The notes under the pieces were generated by a model. That model searched no databases and was not told where the DNA came from. It was given only the letters and a program-made list of their open reading frames with translations. The translations under genes and the position numbers were made by a program. DNA of 63,093 nucleotides, the filler included, from Licmophora abbreviata (Eukaryota): the NCBI GenBank assembly GCA_900291995.1. It is 10 parts of 10 records of this genome, joined end to end, with 100 filler letters (N's around TTAATTAATTAA, not from the genome) between each part and the next. Parts side by side here need not be neighbours in the genome. Positions count along the whole stretch, not along the records: positions 10,853 to 34,901 come from OLMU01004677.1; positions 35,002 to 37,653 come from OLMU01004679.1; 8 more parts are not named here. One strand, 5' to 3'. This document shows positions 24,319-35,227 of this stretch, in pieces. Positions within the stretch are counted from its first letter, which is position 1. Each line of letters begins with the position of its first letter.

Positions 24319-24687
24319 ATGCCTTATCGTAAAGCTATCCTCGAGGCAGTTGAACAGCTGCACGATTGTCATAATCGATCGTCCGTCGAGCAGATTCGGA
24401 AGCACGTCAAGGCGTCAATCCCGCCAGAGGAGTGGAACAGCACGCTGTTCTTGAAGACTCTCAAGGCTGTCATTCAGGATGGTGACCTGGAATTGGCGAA
24501 CGCCCATTGTGAACTCACAGGTTCCTTCAAGAAGCAGCGCGTCGATGATATAGTTTCGTCTCTTCATAAGGAGTATCCGTCACTTATCATCAATCGACCT
24601 TTTGTCGAACCTGGCTCGCCCCAACGACGCCCGAGTCACTCACAACAGAAGCTAGCGAAACAGCGAAGCATGGAACGATCTAAGTAA
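24319..24687 (+). CDS. H15 (linker-histone globular, winged-helix) domain protein
   Basis: PYRKAILEAVEQLHD..NRSSVEQIRKHV...LFLKTLKAVIQDGDL matches the H1/H5 globular pattern. A splice donor at 24684 may extend the gene. Confidence 0.65.
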   Translation: MPYRKAILEAVEQLHDCHNRSSVEQIRKHVKASIPPEEWNSTLFLKTLKAVIQDGDLELANAHCELTGSFKKQRVDDIVSSLHKEYPSLIINRPFVEPGSPQRRPSHSQQKLAKQRSMERSK

Positions 24688-25068
24688 GTTATCTCGGTTG
24701 AAGCAGTCTTCCATGCGCAATGCAATCTCATACAAAGCCTGACGTTCGTCTCAATGCGACACATACCAAGAATGCCATGGCAGTCGACCGGCACATGATA
24801 AACGATACCCTCTATATATTTTCTACATGAAGGACCACGAACCATCAAGCCAGCGAGCATCAATTGTGAGCACGTATGAAAAGTGGAAGGTGCGTGTTTG
24901 CATTGATGCTGCCCGCGACGACGATGGCCCAGCCGGTCTGCGATCGTCACCAACAGCATCCATGTATGACGGTATATAGCTTGTGTTGACTCTTCATTCG
25001 CTACATGTCATGCCATGCGTGTAATAGAGTGCTGATGCGAGTACTAAGTCTATTTGTTTGGTCGATGA

Positions 25069-26559
25069 CTATGATATTAGTTCGAAGCGGTCATTGATAG
25101 TCAAAACCTCAGTAGGGGATGCGCCCCTCTCGACGACTAGATTATCGCTGCTCGTCCGTCCAGCAAACCCACCAAACACCTCAGCCCGAAACGTTGCGCT
25201 CTGAAAAACTAAGCAGTGGTCGTGCGGTACATGCCAAAGGACATGGCGCTGGTGCCGATGCGTTGCATTTATCTCATTCAAGGCACCGAAGAACAACCTG
25301 CTTCTCTCTCTCCGGTTCTTGCCTTGAAAATCGTCGTCCTCGCAGCCAGCTTGTACAGGCAGGACATCCATTGCACCGGCTAGATATATGACATTCCTGT
25401 GAATGTATCGTTCCGTCATGTTTGAGATTCCTCCAACTTTCTTCAGTGAACGCTCCTTGTACGGAGTCGGCAAGTCTCCGCCAGAATCGAGACCCCATTC
25501 CCATTGATTGTAGGTCGGACACGCATGAATCGCCTTGGCCGACGGCATTCTAAGAGTGCCGTTGATCACTCGCCGCGCATCCAAGTAGCAGAATGATCTA
25601 GGATTCGCTACAACCACTCGGAGCGACACAAGCTTCGACTCCCAAGCGTCGATGGACGAGGTCAAAGCCCAACGTTGTGCGAATTGTCCACCGGCCGAGT
25701 GCCCGGCAACAATCAGACGCTCCAATGATGGGAGCTCAGCTGCAAGACGGTTGACGAGCGCATCCATGGCGTCGTAAGAGCTTACATTGGCATTGATTGC
25801 GTTCGCGCCGTATCGCCACGTGTGTGGGATCGGGTCTGTTTCATTCCAACGCAGAAGATCGATAGATGAGTTTGTTACATGTACGGTACCATCAGAGGGC
25901 ACAAGAAAGCGAGGCGCGACAACTATCGTTTCCTCTGGGATGCTGCTATCTGTAAGATTCATAGATAGAGCCGATACGGCACAGCACAAGTAATCATCTG
26001 CATTTCGCCCTGACCCATGAACAACGACAACCGCGTTCCGAATGACGTCCTTCTGCTTCATCTTGGCCTGATCCAACTCCACCGTGGAGTCCAATGCACC
26101 CATTGTTGAGTAATAGACAAGTTGGGGGAGATCAGGTCGTCCTGAGGCAATCGAAAGGGAGTGCACCCGCTCAAGAATATGTCTGGGAACACTGCATAGC
26201 CGATAGCGTGGCAGACGATGCGGAAGCTCGTCGGCCTTATCAGCTCTCCTTCCGTCCACGAGTCTGCAATAACTTGTCGGTACATTATTCACCGGGAACG
26301 ATGCGCATTCGTAGCCAGCGCCGCATCCGGTCACTCCCACGCCATCGTCGCTACAGCAGACGCCCGGCCCGTTCTGGTGGCTCGCCGGCGCAGTAATGCA
26401 CGAGGATACTTCAGGATCTTTCGTGGCGCAGCATTCGTTGTGGTCGGGACAGACTCCACCGCCGCTATCAGCTGAACAAACGTTTAATGCGACAATGAAC
26501 GAGGGGATATAGAGCACCAAGACAAGCAGAAGGAGAACTCCAGCATAACCTCGCCCCAT
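25069..26559 (-). CDS. Secreted alpha/beta hydrolase with N-terminal granulin-like Cys-rich domain
   Basis: Signal peptide; CPDHNECC...C...GVCCSDD...GCGAGYEC; HGSGRNADDY; nucleophile elbow GHSAGG; VVANP; C-terminal VPHD. Single exon. Confidence 0.8.
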   Translation of the reverse strand: MGRGYAGVLLLLVLVLYIPSFIVALNVCSADSGGGVCPDHNECCATKDPEVSSCITAPASHQNGPGVCCSDDGVGVTGCGAGYECASFPVNNVPTSYCRLVDGRRADKADELPHRLPRYRLCSVPRHILERVHSLSIASGRPDLPQLVYYSTMGALDSTVELDQAKMKQKDVIRNAVVVVHGSGRNADDYLCCAVSALSMNLTDSSIPEETIVVAPRFLVPSDGTVHVTNSSIDLLRWNETDPIPHTWRYGANAINANVSSYDAMDALVNRLAAELPSLERLIVAGHSAGGQFAQRWALTSSIDAWESKLVSLRVVVANPRSFCYLDARRVINGTLRMPSAKAIHACPTYNQWEWGLDSGGDLPTPYKERSLKKVGGISNMTERYIHRNVIYLAGAMDVLPVQAGCEDDDFQGKNRRERSRLFFGALNEINATHRHQRHVLWHVPHDHCLVFQSATFRAEVFGGFAGRTSSDNLVVERGASPTEVLTINDRFELIS

Positions 26560-26683
26560 CTTGCATTCTCTTCATCATCGATTTGCATGTCACAATTCGC
26601 AACTCATCATATCGTTGACCGCGCGAGCAAAAGGATACCCCAGTATACTCAAACTAAACAACTATGATTTTCGAACATAACCT

Positions 26684-26696
26684 TTTTCCCGCCAAA
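26684..26696 (+). promoter_or_regulatory. E2F-type site TTTTCCCGCCAAA
   Basis: Matches TTTSSCGC consensus in a divergent intergenic region; the identical 13-mer occurs reversed at 46502. Confidence 0.45.
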
Positions 26697-26839
26697 GTTG
26701 AAGTTTGAAGCAACACAGCTTGAGCAACATTCAACATCCTCATCCGGGACAATGACGCGCCACAACTCATCCCACAAGACACGTTGAACAAAGCACTGCT
26801 ATGGGCATCACATTCTCTATACGCAACTCGGAGTTCAGA

Positions 26840-27094
26840 ATGCTGGCTATCCTTACGCTCCTCTTGTTCGTCATGTCTCAGACAACATCCACAGCGTCGG
26901 GTGCCAACGTCGCATCAACTTCATTGTCGTCGCCATGGGGTGTCCGACGCGGTGGGGTTACAAAGGGCGAACGTCGTAGACCGACACCGTTGAGATGGAC
27001 ACGATTGCTACCTGGAATCAAGGAAGTGGAGCGTATAGTCGCTTGTAGTGATCACTCTGCTGTAGTGCAACTCGCTCACCAGATTCGCTTCTAG
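26840..27094 (+). CDS. Possible small secreted protein (signal peptide + RGG)
   Basis: MLAILTLLLFVMSQTTSTASGANVASTSLSSPWGVRRGG; divergent from the hydrolase gene. Confidence 0.35.
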   Translation: MLAILTLLLFVMSQTTSTASGANVASTSLSSPWGVRRGGVTKGERRRPTPLRWTRLLPGIKEVERIVACSDHSAVVQLAHQIRF

Positions 27095-27957
27095 CTACCG
27101 GTAGGTTGAGGTACTATAGAAGTCCGATTAGAAGGAGTGCGTTTGATCTTTCGTTCACCTTTGCCTTCATAGACCTATGCCATCTTATGCTGAATCATCG
27201 AGGAAGATTCTGATACAATCATCTTTGACGTCTCCAGTGCTTCGCAGACGACAACCATAGTTACATAGTCCTACAAACTTAGCTTTATATACTGAATTCA
27301 GAGTTTACTGCTGGGTGGAATGTAACTGATACATGTACTGCACTGTGGCTGGCTTTTGATGTGACTTCGTTTGACGCTGTGTTACGATCTAGCCGTCGTT
27401 TCCCGGCACACTTACGATCGAGTTTCGACTACAAAGTTGTTAACATCTTCATCGAGCGACTTCTGCGAAGAATAGCATCCAGAAGCGGCGATCTACCGAA
27501 TGTTCAAAGGTAGTGCATTCGACTTTTGATACGGATCTCTATTGTAGTATAAGTCGATCCGCAAACTGCTCATGCTAGCTATCGTAGTGTGACTGTCATC
27601 CGTCGTTCGTCGCGCGACACACCTAACGTCTGTCAGCCTGCACTTTGCAATTTACAAGATGAACAAATCGACCAATCAGCGATCTTCTGTGAGTTGAACA
27701 GATGTCAGGCTTTAAGTGAAGTGATGTCATCTATACATACATTTTATTAGTGGGACATGTCGAGTTTGCTCCACGGAATCGAGAGAACACAACAACATTC
27801 GGAACGAAGCACGCGAGCACAATGATGTGACTTTGATATGGAGCGAGACACCACCATATCAACCATCAGCATCCATCGGCATTTCAACCCATCAAACTTT
27901 TCTCATCGTGATCAAACTGTCTAGAGAGCGCTTTGGCCCGCCGGAGTGCTAATTAAC

Positions 27958-29832
27958 ATGTCGACGATGTCGTGCGTTGTAAGAATAGAAACGAAAACTC
28001 CCTCGACGAGTAAACCCATCGAAAACGTGACTTCGAGAACGGGATCGCGGCGGTACAGTCCTCTGTATCCCGGCCACCTTCGAATGGATCGACAGTCCAA
28101 TGGCATGGGCGGACGCGATCAGATGTCCTCGTCTTTCGATTTATCTGCCCAGCACATGCAAGAAAGGAAGCAGGAGAGCCCATCCCATTCCACATCGTTT
28201 CCTCCATCAATGAGTCACCCTGTCGTCGCTACGAGTATAGCGGAACCTTCAAAGGCATCACGTCGTGCGATATTTGGGAACTATTGGGAGCGGGGCGAAA
28301 CCGATTCTCAGAGCTCGTCACAGGAAGGTGATCTTCGGGCTCGGTCGCGCTCCCTGTCCTTGACCGACGATCCTGCGGGGGATGTTGATATCCGGTACTT
28401 TTCCCCTCCTCTAGATCGACAAGGGGGTCTCAAGAAGCATCATTCTCTTGTAGACGAAGGCCCTGAGGACGTGCGTTTGTTGGCTCTTCCCCCACCTCTT
28501 CGACGATACGTCAGTGATGGACCGACAGGCGGTGGTGTGTACCCTCTGCGATTACCATGTTCCATCTTGCGAAAACGAAGCAGCGACGACGAATCGCCGA
28601 CTGCACAAGGAAACTCTGAACGCCCTGGCGATTTCAATCACGAAGAGGACAAAGATATTGTCAAGCAGGTAAAGAACATGAAATGGGCCGAGATGACGAC
28701 TGCTGTGAAACCTGGACCATCCATTTTATCGAAGTTGGAGAGGGTGGACCTCGACGATGCCATGACCAAAACTTCGGAGCTCTTTCGGCGAAGTGGGTTG
28801 TCAACTACAGAGGAGGAACCCATTCGAAACGTCCAGTTTGATCCCCGTATCGTAATTACCGAGTTCGACGACGAGGCCGAGCGCAAGTGGTTCACGGAAG
28901 GCGAGCTGAATACCTTCAAGGCCGAAACTATCTATCTTGCTCAGGAATACATGATGACGCACCCGGAACTTGCCGAGGAGTTTACACGATCTGAAATCGA
29001 CCCAATCACCGGCAGAGAGCGACGACGGGCCCTTTTTTCGTTGCCATTTCTCTCTGCACAGCCTGACGATGCTGTACATTGCAGCAATTCACCAAGAGCG
29101 AGTATGGAGAAAATAGCAAGAGCCGAGATTAAAAGGATTCTGATTGTGGACCCCAACAAGATGATTCTAGAGCTGCTCTGCAAGTCTATGAAGCAGCTAT
29201 TTCCCCACGCGAAGCTTGCCGTCGCCCAAACGGGCGAAGCCGCACTTCGTATCTATGAGTCCGCGGCTGGCCAGCCTGACGCAGGATTCGATGTGGTTGT
29301 TACCGAGGAAAAGCTGTATCGGATATCTTCCATGGGCCCTGACACGAGAAGTGGACGTAATCTCAACCCCGAAGAGGGATCGAATCTCTTTTTTTCAACT
29401 GATTCGATTGTTGCGGAGCGAAGAGGCGGAAAGCAGGCATCGTTGTCTGATATTCAGAGCATATCTCGTCCCCTCACTGAACCGTCCCGCAGACGAGGAA
29501 TCTCAGGGTCGGGGCTACTGAGGAGTATACGTCTCTTGGAGCGTCAAGGTTTGGAGTCCGGAAAGCCTGTCGTTCCTAAGTCCGCGTCTCTCCGAACAAC
29601 AGTAGGTCGTCGCGTGCCGCTACTGATTGGCGTTTCGGTGAATGCTGCCAGGGACAAGAAGACCCTGCAAGAAAGCGGGGCCGATATGATCTGGGGGAAG
29701 CCGCCGCCTCGAATGGATGAGACGCTGAGAATCCACATGCTGAGTGTACTATTGGAAAAGCGACAAGCTCGTTCGACCTTCTGTATGCGCCCGGCTGGTG
29801 AACAGGACCAAACGCTCGACGTTTCATATTAA
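27958..29832 (+). CDS. Protein with C-terminal atypical response-regulator receiver domain
   Basis: RILIVDPNKMILELL, AQTGEAAL, FDVVVTEE, LLIGVS and GADMIWGKPPP; long disordered N-terminus. Start codon uncertain. Confidence 0.75.
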   Translation: MSTMSCVVRIETKTPSTSKPIENVTSRTGSRRYSPLYPGHLRMDRQSNGMGGRDQMSSSFDLSAQHMQERKQESPSHSTSFPPSMSHPVVATSIAEPSKASRRAIFGNYWERGETDSQSSSQEGDLRARSRSLSLTDDPAGDVDIRYFSPPLDRQGGLKKHHSLVDEGPEDVRLLALPPPLRRYVSDGPTGGGVYPLRLPCSILRKRSSDDESPTAQGNSERPGDFNHEEDKDIVKQVKNMKWAEMTTAVKPGPSILSKLERVDLDDAMTKTSELFRRSGLSTTEEEPIRNVQFDPRIVITEFDDEAERKWFTEGELNTFKAETIYLAQEYMMTHPELAEEFTRSEIDPITGRERRRALFSLPFLSAQPDDAVHCSNSPRASMEKIARAEIKRILIVDPNKMILELLCKSMKQLFPHAKLAVAQTGEAALRIYESAAGQPDAGFDVVVTEEKLYRISSMGPDTRSGRNLNPEEGSNLFFSTDSIVAERRGGKQASLSDIQSISRPLTEPSRRRGISGSGLLRSIRLLERQGLESGKPVVPKSASLRTTVGRRVPLLIGVSVNAARDKKTLQESGADMIWGKPPPRMDETLRIHMLSVLLEKRQARSTFCMRPAGEQDQTLDVSY

Positions 29833-30211
29833 CCACCTTTGCTCTTCGCATACGCTGAGTAACGTGTTTCAAAATCAATTCATGCTGCCGACATTGTATC
29901 ATTAGCTATTACATAATATGAAGCTCGCTATGCGCTTATCGTTCGTCCTGGTTGTGGTGTAATTAGTCATCGTAGCGGACGTAACATACCATCAGATCAG
30001 GTGTGATACCGGCGGTACCAGCATATGTATAATACGCGCGCGAAACTTGCCACCACGCGAGCGACACACAAAGACACACGGCACAAAGCAAACTCTTGTC
30101 GTGGAGAGGTTGAACGCGCTGTGGCACTCTCGCGACTAGAACTACGACATCTCTCGCCTTCATATCAAAAGTCTGATGCGATCCTCTGACTAAGCGCAGT
30201 CTGCAAGTAGT

Positions 30212-31339
30212 ATGAAGAGGGCACGGGAGAATCATAAGTCTCAAGAGAAAAGTGACGGGGACGACAATGGAACGCAGCCACCACATCGCGACTGCGACAA
30301 ACTGTACGTGGAGAGTGCGACGGTCCAATGCGCTTTGCGCAACCTTTGTGTGCCCTGTGCCTACAAAATAGGAAATTTCGATGTTGCTTTGGATCGAGAA
30401 TTTTGCGAGAGGGTCCCCAACCAAAGACCTGAGCAGTGTTGTCGAGCGACGAACTCACTTTCAAAGAATGGTCTCGGATATCGTCGAGGGATGAAAGTGC
30501 TCACGGTGGGTGACGGAGACTTCAGCTATTCTGTCGCCATATCTCGAATTCTGTCTCAGCAAGAACGCCTCGAGGGGAAGCTCGTTGCAACGAGCTACGA
30601 GAATCGAACTACTCTTGAGCAAGTGTATCCAAACTTTCTCCAGAATCTTGAAGAGCTTGAACGTTGTGGAGCCGAAATCAATTTCGAGGTAGATGCGACA
30701 AGCTTGAAGGAGACCTTACCGTCAGTCATGGTAGGAACGTTCGACCGGATAGTCTGGAACTTTCCCTGTACGGCCATCGAGTCCGGGATGGACGGCCAAA
30801 ACGATGCCATGGAATCGAACAAGAAGCTCGTGAGAACGTTCGTTCAGAATGCTAGACACTTCTTACGCAGAGAATCAGGGGAGATTCTCATGTGCCACAA
30901 GACAAAACCTCCATTCAACCAATGGAACTTTGAACAAGTTGCAGTAGAGGAGAGCAAAGACGAGCCAGTTGTCGAATATCGAGGTCGCGTTGTACTGGAT
31001 CGCTTTACACTCCCACCGTACTCGCCCAGAAAAGCATTGGACAGAAAGTCATTCCCTTGCCACGACGCCTGTACCTACGTCTTCGGAATTGTTGCGGATC
31101 AACAGAAATCATTGCTAGATAGCTATCGACTGACGTTATCTGACGAAGAGACGTGCTCAGAAGGAGCACTCGGCACGGAATGTAGCATGATGAAGGTCGC
31201 CTTGGATTTAGTCGAAACGATCCGCACGGCGCACTTGAACAGAAAGAAGCCGAAGGCGGGTAAGCGTAGAAAGAAAATACATTCCGGCAAGCAAAAATAT
31301 GTACGCAGACAATTCGTAAGCGATAACCGAAAGATCTAA
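30212..31339 (+). CDS. 25S rRNA (uridine-N3)-methyltransferase BMT5-like (DUF2431) protein
   Basis: VLTVGDGDFSYS, ATSYE, FEVDATSL and FDRIVWNFPC motifs. Confidence 0.85.
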   Translation: MKRARENHKSQEKSDGDDNGTQPPHRDCDKLYVESATVQCALRNLCVPCAYKIGNFDVALDREFCERVPNQRPEQCCRATNSLSKNGLGYRRGMKVLTVGDGDFSYSVAISRILSQQERLEGKLVATSYENRTTLEQVYPNFLQNLEELERCGAEINFEVDATSLKETLPSVMVGTFDRIVWNFPCTAIESGMDGQNDAMESNKKLVRTFVQNARHFLRRESGEILMCHKTKPPFNQWNFEQVAVEESKDEPVVEYRGRVVLDRFTLPPYSPRKALDRKSFPCHDACTYVFGIVADQQKSLLDSYRLTLSDEETCSEGALGTECSMMKVALDLVETIRTAHLNRKKPKAGKRRKKIHSGKQKYVRRQFVSDNRKI

Positions 31340-31364
31340 ATAATTACGATAGATTGAACCCTTT

Positions 31365-33357
31365 TCAGGGATACTGTTGTTGGTGAGGTTGAACATACTG
31401 CTGGTGCTGAGACGGCTGGCCGTATTGCTGAGGTGGGGGCGGCTGAGCATACGGCTGAGGTGGGGGCTGCTGAGCATACGGGAGCTGCTGGGGCGCTTGC
31501 TGAGCGTAGGGTTGGGGAGGCCCTGGAGGCTGAAAGGAGCTGGTATCAGCATACGACGGCGTGTCATCGAATCCTCCAAGCAAATCAGGAGTAGAATCGA
31601 CTGACGCCTCAGCTGTTGGTGGTCCACCACTTGCATTCTGCTGGTACGCATTTTGATTTCTAAACTCGGAGGAGTCTGTAAACAAGAGAATAGGGGAATG
31701 CGAAAAAAGAAACAGTGAGGACGATGTAGACACGACGGGAAAAAGCGGAAACGACAACCGTGAAGACTTGCCGTGATACTGGTCGCCGTAGTGTTGTCCA
31801 TTCGTTTCTGTATAACAGAGAAGCAGAGCATGGCAAACGGTTAGAAGAAGGCAGGTATGGAGAGCCAAGACGCGACTCTCCGGGGATGCGCGTACCTGGT
31901 AACTGATAGTTTTGGTAGCGCTGACCCCCGTCGCCATGACCGTATTGGTGCTGACCATGTGCGTTTTCCGGATGATCTTGACGAACAGCCCCAGTTGCAT
32001 GGACCCCTCCTTCTAGTGGGGTGTTTTTCATGCACTCGATAATGGCTTCGCGCAGAGTGTCGACCTCCTGGGGATCGGGCGATGAGAACGCAGCTGCAAT
32101 CGTCGGTCCATAATCCATCCACCGCTCCAACTTGAACTGCCTCAACATTTTCTTGCCATACGCCTTCGTGCGAGCTTGTGTCACTTGGTACCCGCGGACA
32201 TTCGGCTTGTACAGATCGTGCACAAAGTTCACGGCCAGCTTGATAAGGAAGTTCCTCTGACCCTGAGTGAGGTAAGGGTTGTTCAACCACTCGTCAAAGT
32301 CTTTCTCCGAGCGAAACCAAAGCATCGTGTGTCGACCGTATTGTACCCAAAAGGATTGCTTCCACTTTTTCATGAGAATGGTGCGAAAGGAGATCCGAGA
32401 CAAGACATAACCTGACTTGGAGACCATCTCGCCCTTGGGCAACGGAGCGGCACCGGGACCAGCCTCCCGAGCGAGAATCTGACTATACTTGTTCTGTTGC
32501 ATTGACGGTTGGCCTGCTTCCGAATAAGGGACCATTTCCCCAGTTTGTTGTTCTGCATAAGGGACCATTTCGCCAGCTCCATACTGCCTGACCGATACGT
32601 CTGGTTCCGAAATCACCGAGTGTCCACTACCCGCGACGGCGCTCACTACATTGACAGGCGGTGGAGCAGGATTCTGCGCCCGCTGATGATACCCAGGCAT
32701 GTCCACTTGTTGCATAGAAGGGGCTGGAACCAACTGTCCGCCCTGCGGTGGCTGCTGCGGGTGAACGGCCTCGGCGTATGGTTGCGATGCGGGAGCAGGA
32801 ACCATAGCCATAGTCTGAGGCGGAGGAGCAGGCGGCGGCGCAGCGAACGGATCAAACGAGCCCCCCGTCGCCTGGTGTACCGGAGGAGGTGCTGATGTAG
32901 CCCATTGTGAAGCTTCCTGTGTCGCCGGAACGAGAGCCTGCGTCTGAAATGGATCCGGTGCGGTCTGTTGAGGCTGCTGCTGAGCGGGTGCAAAGCCAGC
33001 ATGAGGTCCGGTCGGGTGGTGCGCCGGAACCAAAGCATGCTGGGTCTGCTGAGGCACCCGCGGCTGTCCTTGAAACTGTGGCTGCTGTTGAACGACCGGT
33101 TCCTGTTGAACGACCTGCATTTGAGGAACCATGGCGGTATTGCTTGGCGGCGTGACTCCGGGTGCTGCCGCATGTGCAGGAGCAGCGGCGACAGGGGCAA
33201 TTGGCTGCGGAGCACTGAACGGATCCGTTGGAGGAGACGCGAGCGGGTCAAAAGGATTCACAGACTGCATGGACGATGCGACAGGTTGGGGAGCTGGTGC
33301 GGCGAAAGGATTGGCAGCCGGCGGCGCCCCGAACGGATTCTCAAGAGGTTGCGCCAT
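31365..33357 (-). CDS. Pro/Gln-rich PH-like domain protein with NPF/DPF motifs
   Basis: KSGYVLSR...KKWKQSFW...MLWFRSE PH-like core; introns 31808-31895 and probable GC-AG 31676-31771. Confidence 0.7.
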
Positions 33358-33731
33358 GGCGAGAAGAGACGAAAGGCACGATTTGTGAGATAATCTTGAG
33401 ATGTCTATGTAAAACTCAGTACATTTTCTACGCATTTGCGTTGAGAGCACTTGGCATCCTCAAATCTGTTGAGGAGCATATGTATACGTCTGTCCCTGTC
33501 GGGTTTTCGCGTCGCTGAGATCGGACAAATCGAATCAATCAGTCGAATGAATGAATCGAATCAATCACGACGATCGCTACACGGCAGGCGATGGCAGCTA
33601 TAGCTAGCCAAGCCTCAACTGTCGTTTTACATGTTCTATCTCCCTCTAGACCTAGTTGAGCTAGATCGACGTTTAGTTATGGACTTTTTCTGTAGGTGGT
33701 ATCATCCTTTCCTCGATCGACTGCAAGTAGT

Positions 33732-34890
33732 TTACACGCTGAACATTTGCGATCTATCTCCGAACATTTCGTCCCATGTGACCACCGCCGGGTAACCATC
33801 ACGATAAGCTCTCGGAAGTCCCTCGGCGTGATGAATACTCTGGATGTCTCTCCAGCTACCCACGTATGTTATCGAGTCATCGCCGTGCAAGAAGAAGAAC
33901 TGCGGATACTCGTCTCGCTTCCCGCTGATCTCTTGAAGATGAAGTCGTCTGAATATGAACAAGCAAGGCAAAGAACACCGATCAGTATGTGACGCATAAT
34001 GTTGAATTGACTTGCCCACAGAGACATTTACTTACAGGTTCCGCTTAGTGGGGTCCATTCCATCAACCACTTCATAGTCTACTTGTCGCCCCTTTAAGAG
34101 TGCCAACGCGTCAGCCTGTTGGCGTGCATGGGCTGAGTCAAGGCAGTCTTTCAACATTAGAACGAGAAGCGTCTTTGTGCCATCCAGACCTAATATAACA
34201 GACTGAGGAGACCCTGCTTGGCTTGAAGTTTCGTTCGATTTATTCGGAGAAGGCTCGTACAAAGCCTCTCTGCCAAAGAAGAGGCGAGGGGATGGCGAAG
34301 AGCGAAGGGAGTTGCATTCCTGCAGAGACGGCGCAAGAGTCATGATTTGATCGTGGTCCCAGGGACTGGTTTCATCTGACGCCGCAGTGTACCTCTTGAC
34401 GTCGACATCTGGAGAAGTGAAACGCAAGCGTTGTTCGGGCATGACTAAATCATTTGTATCTTTCGAAGCAGAAAGCGCATGTTTGCTTAGCTGTATGTCA
34501 GGATGTGCGAAAGTCAAAATGAATACAAAATTCTGCACACTTACTTAAAAAGTCAGTAATCTTGGACTGTCGTCTTGCAGTGACAATTCTTCGATGAGGC
34601 TTCTCGTTGGGGCCGCTCTGTGCTTGACGCCTTGGGGATAGTCCAATCGAACGCGGAGCTGCAAAAGTAGGCGACCGCACATATCGGTTCATATTTTCGT
34701 TGTCGCGGTTCGTGCGAGCGCCACGCGAGAGAAAAAGGTAGATCAAGACCACTCCGCACATACACATGGCTGCCCCCATTCCAGCGTGCTGCAGCGAGAC
34801 CTCTCGGTCGGAGACGACGGCGGCATTGGCCGACCCTGCCATCAGTGATTCCGGTGGAATTCTCACGAATGTTGTTTGCGCTACGCTCAT
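33732..34890 (-). CDS. SH3BGR/glutaredoxin-fold protein with N-terminal extension
   Basis: QQADALALLKGRQVDYEVVDGMDP...ISGKRDEYPQFF; intron 33949-34035; 5' exon structure uncertain. Confidence 0.65.
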
Positions 34891-34901
34891 CTTTCATCTC
34901 T

Positions 34902-35001
34902 NNNNNNNNNNNNNNNNNNNNNNNNNNNNNNNNNNNNNNNNNNNNTTAATTAATTAANNNNNNNNNNNNNNNNNNNNNNNNNNNNNNNNNNNNNNNNNNN
35001 N
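34902..35001. other. Artificial contig/scaffold spacer
   Basis: 44 N + TTAATTAATTAA + 44 N. Confidence 0.99.
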
Positions 35002-35227
35002 GAGTCGCAACAGGGAATCTCTTCGGATGGAATCTCGTCAGATCGTTTGTTACACTGTCTACAGAGCATCGGGTCGTGAGTTGAATCTAGTCACGAGCTG
35101 ATGGCAGCCATCCAATTGACAAAATCTCTCTTTCGTTTCATTTCAAAATCGTCACAACATCGAGAGCGACGAACCGAAGAGCGCAATTGTATTCTGCTGC
35201 GCAGGTGTTCCCTTTGTCGTTTATAAG

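Noticed and set aside
33528..33570. GAAT/CAAT short repeats upstream of the PH-domain gene
   Set aside because: Low-complexity promoter microsatellite, not an array with spacers.
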